Shown here: positions 61,052-64,000 of the stretch, piece by piece | How positions within the stretch are numbered: position 1 is the stretch's first letter | Layout: every line of letters starts with the position of its first letter | NCBI GenBank assembly: GCA_000002435.2 | Contig: CM018791.1 | Direction: 5' to 3' (one strand) | DNA length: 64,000 nt | Origin: Giardia intestinalis | Lineage: Eukaryota | Notes under the pieces: generated by a model | The model's database searches: none | Told to the model about the DNA's origin: nothing | Seen by the model: the letters and a program-made list of their open reading frames with translations, nothing else | Translations under genes and position numbers: made by a program

Positions 61052-61855
61052 CTTTTCGTTTGCCGCGACAACCCCTTCGAGATTTTTCTGAGGCGCTGCT
61101 TGACTGTCTCGTCACCTACATGCTGAACATCTACAATATCAGCGAGACGTACAAGTTGAAGAAGAAGCTTGTGGGACTTGTTTCTAATGGATGGACGGGG
61201 GTATCTCTCCACCGCGTCTAGGGTGTGAATTGCATGCCAATCAGCTGCTCACAGTGTCTGCCACTCCAGGCCATGAGAAGTTATCTACCACAGAGCTCAT
61301 CAACTTCACTTCTGAGTCGAAAAGTTCCACTGGATGTACAGCTACACGATGTACCGCGGACGAGGACGTGAAGAGTGGCATTTATTGAGCTGAGTCCTTT
61401 CTGTCGATCCTTTCGAGGAAGCCGCGTATGTCTTTCTGTGCCGCAAGCCTGAGGGTCTCGTCCCGGGGCTCGTCGAGCTGAGCAAGGGTCTGAAGGACGT
61501 CCCCGAAGACCTCTGGCCCACGGAACTCGGCGAGGTAGTGCAGGACCGCCGCCAGCTCCGTGTCTGGAAGCGCTGCAAGGGACTGTGCGATGGACAGGGC
61601 CCTCGTTTTGTCTTATAAATTGCCAGAACTGACCCATCTCACGGCTGCAAAGGAGTTGCATTCAGTGCATGGGATCCGTGGTCTGGTCTCTAGGTACCTG
61701 TACAGCACTGTTGGTCACATGTGAGCCCGTGGACACGCAAGGCGCGCTACTGGATAAGCCAAACATTCATCCACACGCCTGATGCTTGGTGCACTGGCTG
61801 AGACCCTGCTGTCTGTGCTAGCAGGAACAGACACCGAGCAGACCCATCGATGACG

Positions 61856-61870
61856 GTTTACTATCTAAGT
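61856..61870 (-). promoter_or_regulatory. VSP-type extended polyadenylation signal ACTTAGATAGTAAAC
   Basis: It exactly matches the conserved VSP 3' motif ACTYAGRTAGTRAAY and lies 4 nt after the TAG stop of the CRGKA-terminated ORF. Confidence 0.75.
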
Positions 61871-61874
61871 ACAT

Positions 61875-64000
61875 CTACGCCTTCCCCCTGCAGAGGAACC
61901 ACCAGCAGAGGAAGCCGATGAGGCCGCCGACAACAACGATGACAGCGACGGAGATACCCGCTATGGCACCAGTGGAGAGCCCGCTCTTGTTGGTGCTACC
62001 GCTATCCTTTATGAGGTAGCAGAGGACGGAACCTTTATTGTTGGGCGGAGGGGCGCAGTTTAGGCAGCCCTTAATACCAGTGACTCCGTTGCTATCACTT
62101 TCACAAGACGTGCACGCACCTTCTCCTGATGCGGTCTTGTAGTATCCCGTAGCACACGCCTTACATGTTGTAGCTGCTCCATTACATGTTTCGCAGCTAG
62201 CGTCACACTTTGTGCACGCACTTGCACTCTTTACATATCCGTCCAGACACGTAGTACAGTCGGTACTGCTAGCACATTCCTTACACCCTTCAGAACAAAC
62301 TGTAAGGGTACCTGAATCCAACTTGTAACCATCTGCAGCTTTTTGACACGTACCACCATTTGGTGCACTAATGCAAACCGTCTTACCGGGATACTTGACT
62401 GTTTCATAGCACCCTCCGTTCATCTTAAAGTAGTTATCGGCACACGTTCCACAAACACCATTCTGAATAGGCGAGTCGTTGCACGTAGGTGTGGCGCGGC
62501 TAGCCTTTGGTGCACAGACGCCATTTTGAGGATATTCTGTCGTTGTGGCGCACTCAGAGCAGTAGCTAGCGCCATCGATAGTGAGCCCACACGTCTTGCA
62601 TGCTCCTGCTCCTGTGCCCGTTGTGCAGCCTTCTCCGCACGTGCCCTTAGTACCGTCGTCCCCGTACCTGAGTGCTTTTCCGGTGGGACACTCGGTGCAG
62701 TCGCTGGCAGTGCCTGCGCTGCATGTCTTGCAGCTTTCGTGGCACGGAGAGCACGCGTCGCCGTTTTTATAGAACCCGTCGTTGCATGCTTGGCACTGCC
62801 CCTGATCATCGCAAGTCTTGCAGTTAGCCGCAGTGCACTCTTTACAGAGTTTCTTTGCTCCTTCGGTGGCTCCATAGTAGTTTCCAATCTTAGCGCAGCT
62901 GTCTATGCACTGGCTTGTCGGCGTGAGGTATGTGCTACCATCACAGTCTGTGCAGACCTCGTTCTCCTTTCCTTCGTTGCTGCACGCCTTGCATCCGGGG
63001 GTCTTGCAGTTGCTTACCGCCTCGCACGTAGTTTTGTCGGCACTAGGCTTGTATCCATCCGTGCAGGCGGAGCATGTAACGAGGGCAGCCCCTGATCGGC
63101 CACTAACCAGAGCACACGTGGCGCAATTGGCAATTCCGTCGGTGCTGTCATTACAAGGGAGGCATTTATTTCCTGCACTGCTGTCATCCTTGGGGAAGAA
63201 GCCGTCTTTGCATTGGTCTTTTTGTACGCACGACGTGCCTTCGCTTGTGGTTTTCAGGTAGTTGTTATCGGTGCATTTTGTACACTTGATCTTCTTAGAT
63301 TGCTCATCGTAGCTACAGGTGTCGCAATTGGCAACGCCACCATTGAGGTTATCGCTGCAAGAAACACACTTGTTGCCATTCTCAGAATCATCAACTGCAA
63401 CGAACTTATTAGTGCTACCAGAATTACATTGGGCTTTATCTACGCACACGTTATCCTTGAGATACTTACTGACTCCACACTTGGTACACGTTGCAACCTT
63501 GCCGGCCTCAGCGCCGGCTGTTGCGTCAGGGGCGCTGCATTCTGCGCAGTCAGCAATGCCCTTGTATGTGTTTCCGCCAGCTGCTATTGTTACTCCAGTT
63601 GTATCGCCACATGCGATCACAGACTGTTCAGTGTTCGCCGCTCCCACCGGAGCAAAGTACCCCGGGGCCGCCTCGGTGCATACGCCATCTCCGTCGGAAC
63701 TTAAGCACAGGCTGTGTCCAGGAAGGCCTTCTCCGCTGGAATAACAGCCGTCCTTGTACATGAATGAGTTGCCTCCGCACTGCGTGCACTTCCCTGCGCT
63801 ATGTTGCGGACAAAGCGTTTTGCTTGGCCCCTCAGCGTTGACGTCTACACACTGGCCGTTCACGGGGGCGTAGTTTGCTCCGTTGCACTCAGAGCACCAA
63901 GTGTCTTGACCAATGGTGACGCCACACGTTTTACACTTTCCATCGTCAGCTTCTTGGGTGCAGGCTGTCCGTGCCAGCTGAAGGATGACGATCGCGAGCA
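61875..64000 (-). CDS. Variant-specific surface protein (VSP), 5'-truncated by the window edge (more than 700 aa)
   Basis: The C-terminus is …GLSTGAIAGISVAVIVVVGGLIGFLCWWFLCRGKA* (invariant CRGKA). CXXC motifs and a GGCY module are present. The frame stays open to position 64000 and reads …LAIVILQLARTACTQ…, which looks like a signal-peptide end. The track's start at 63863 is an internal GTG. Confidence 0.9.
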   Translation of the reverse strand, partial: LAIVILQLARTACTQEADDGKCKTCGVTIGQDTWCSECNGANYAPVNGQCVDVNAEGPSKTLCPQHSAGKCTQCGGNSFMYKDGCYSSGEGLPGHSLCLSSDGDGVCTEAAPGYFAPVGAANTEQSVIACGDTTGVTIAAGGNTYKGIADCAECSAPDATAGAEAGKVATCTKCGVSKYLKDNVCVDKAQCNSGSTNKFVAVDDSENGNKCVSCSDNLNGGVANCDTCSYDEQSKKIKCTKCTDNNYLKTTSEGTSCVQKDQCKDGFFPKDDSSAGNKCLPCNDSTDGIANCATCALVSGRSGAALVTCSACTDGYKPSADKTTCEAVSNCKTPGCKACSNEGKENEVCTDCDGSTYLTPTSQCIDSCAKIGNYYGATEGAKKLCKECTAANCKTCDDQGQCQACNDGFYKNGDACSPCHESCKTCSAGTASDCTECPTGKALRYGDDGTKGTCGEGCTTGTGAGACKTCGLTIDGASYCSECATTTEYPQNGVCAPKASRATPTCNDSPIQNGVCGTCADNYFKMNGGCYETVKYPGKTVCISAPNGGTCQKAADGYKLDSGTLTVCSEGCKECASSTDCTTCLDGYVKSASACTKCDASCETCNGAATTCKACATGYYKTASGEGACTSCESDSNGVTGIKGCLNCAPPPNNKGSVLCYLIKDSGSTNKSGLSTGAIAGISVAVIVVVGGLIGFLCWWFLCRGKA

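Overview
This window reads as protist nuclear DNA. I attribute it to Giardia intestinalis (Giardia lamblia), not to a prokaryote. The evidence is a cysteine-rich surface-protein ORF ending in the invariant VSP tail CRGKA, followed by the VSP-specific extended polyadenylation motif ACTTAGATAGTAAAC. Next to it is a second CXXC-rich membrane protein with a short basic tail (a high cysteine membrane protein). There are five NEK-family kinase loci, ankyrin-repeat 'protein 21.1'-type proteins, and a class II fructose-bisphosphate aldolase that I recognise as the Giardia enzyme. Gene spacing is extremely tight and AGTRAAY polyadenylation signals sit within a few nucleotides of stop codons.

Genes I could support, in order:
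- a 5'-open hypothetical ORF, and a tRNA-Pro(TGG) abutting its stop on the opposite strand
- a NEK-like pseudokinase and a NEK kinase
- Mob1 and fructose-bisphosphate aldolase
- a large S-rich hypothetical protein
- a NEK kinase with a coiled-coil tail
- a long actin-related protein
- a 2563-aa protein built from seven tandem degenerate kinase-like domains
- a coiled-coil/ankyrin protein
- an MPN-like protein and two hypotheticals, one carrying a cyclin box
- a NEK-ankyrin fusion
- a 1568-aa conserved unknown
- a Fes1/HspBP1-like protein
- seryl-tRNA synthetase and L-serine dehydratase, divergently paired
- an 848-aa coiled-coil protein, then the HCMP and a VSP that runs off the 3' window edge

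Two GC-rich islands with no ORF I can call coding (about 52.1-54.3 kb and 57.6-60.4 kb) flank the cysteine-rich surface-protein genes. I consider them the most unexplained sequence in the window.

One caveat on the ORF track: it uses GTG/TTG as starts, so I re-anchored several start coordinates to the first in-frame ATG. I see no CRISPR array, no prokaryotic-style defence system and no recognisable transposon.
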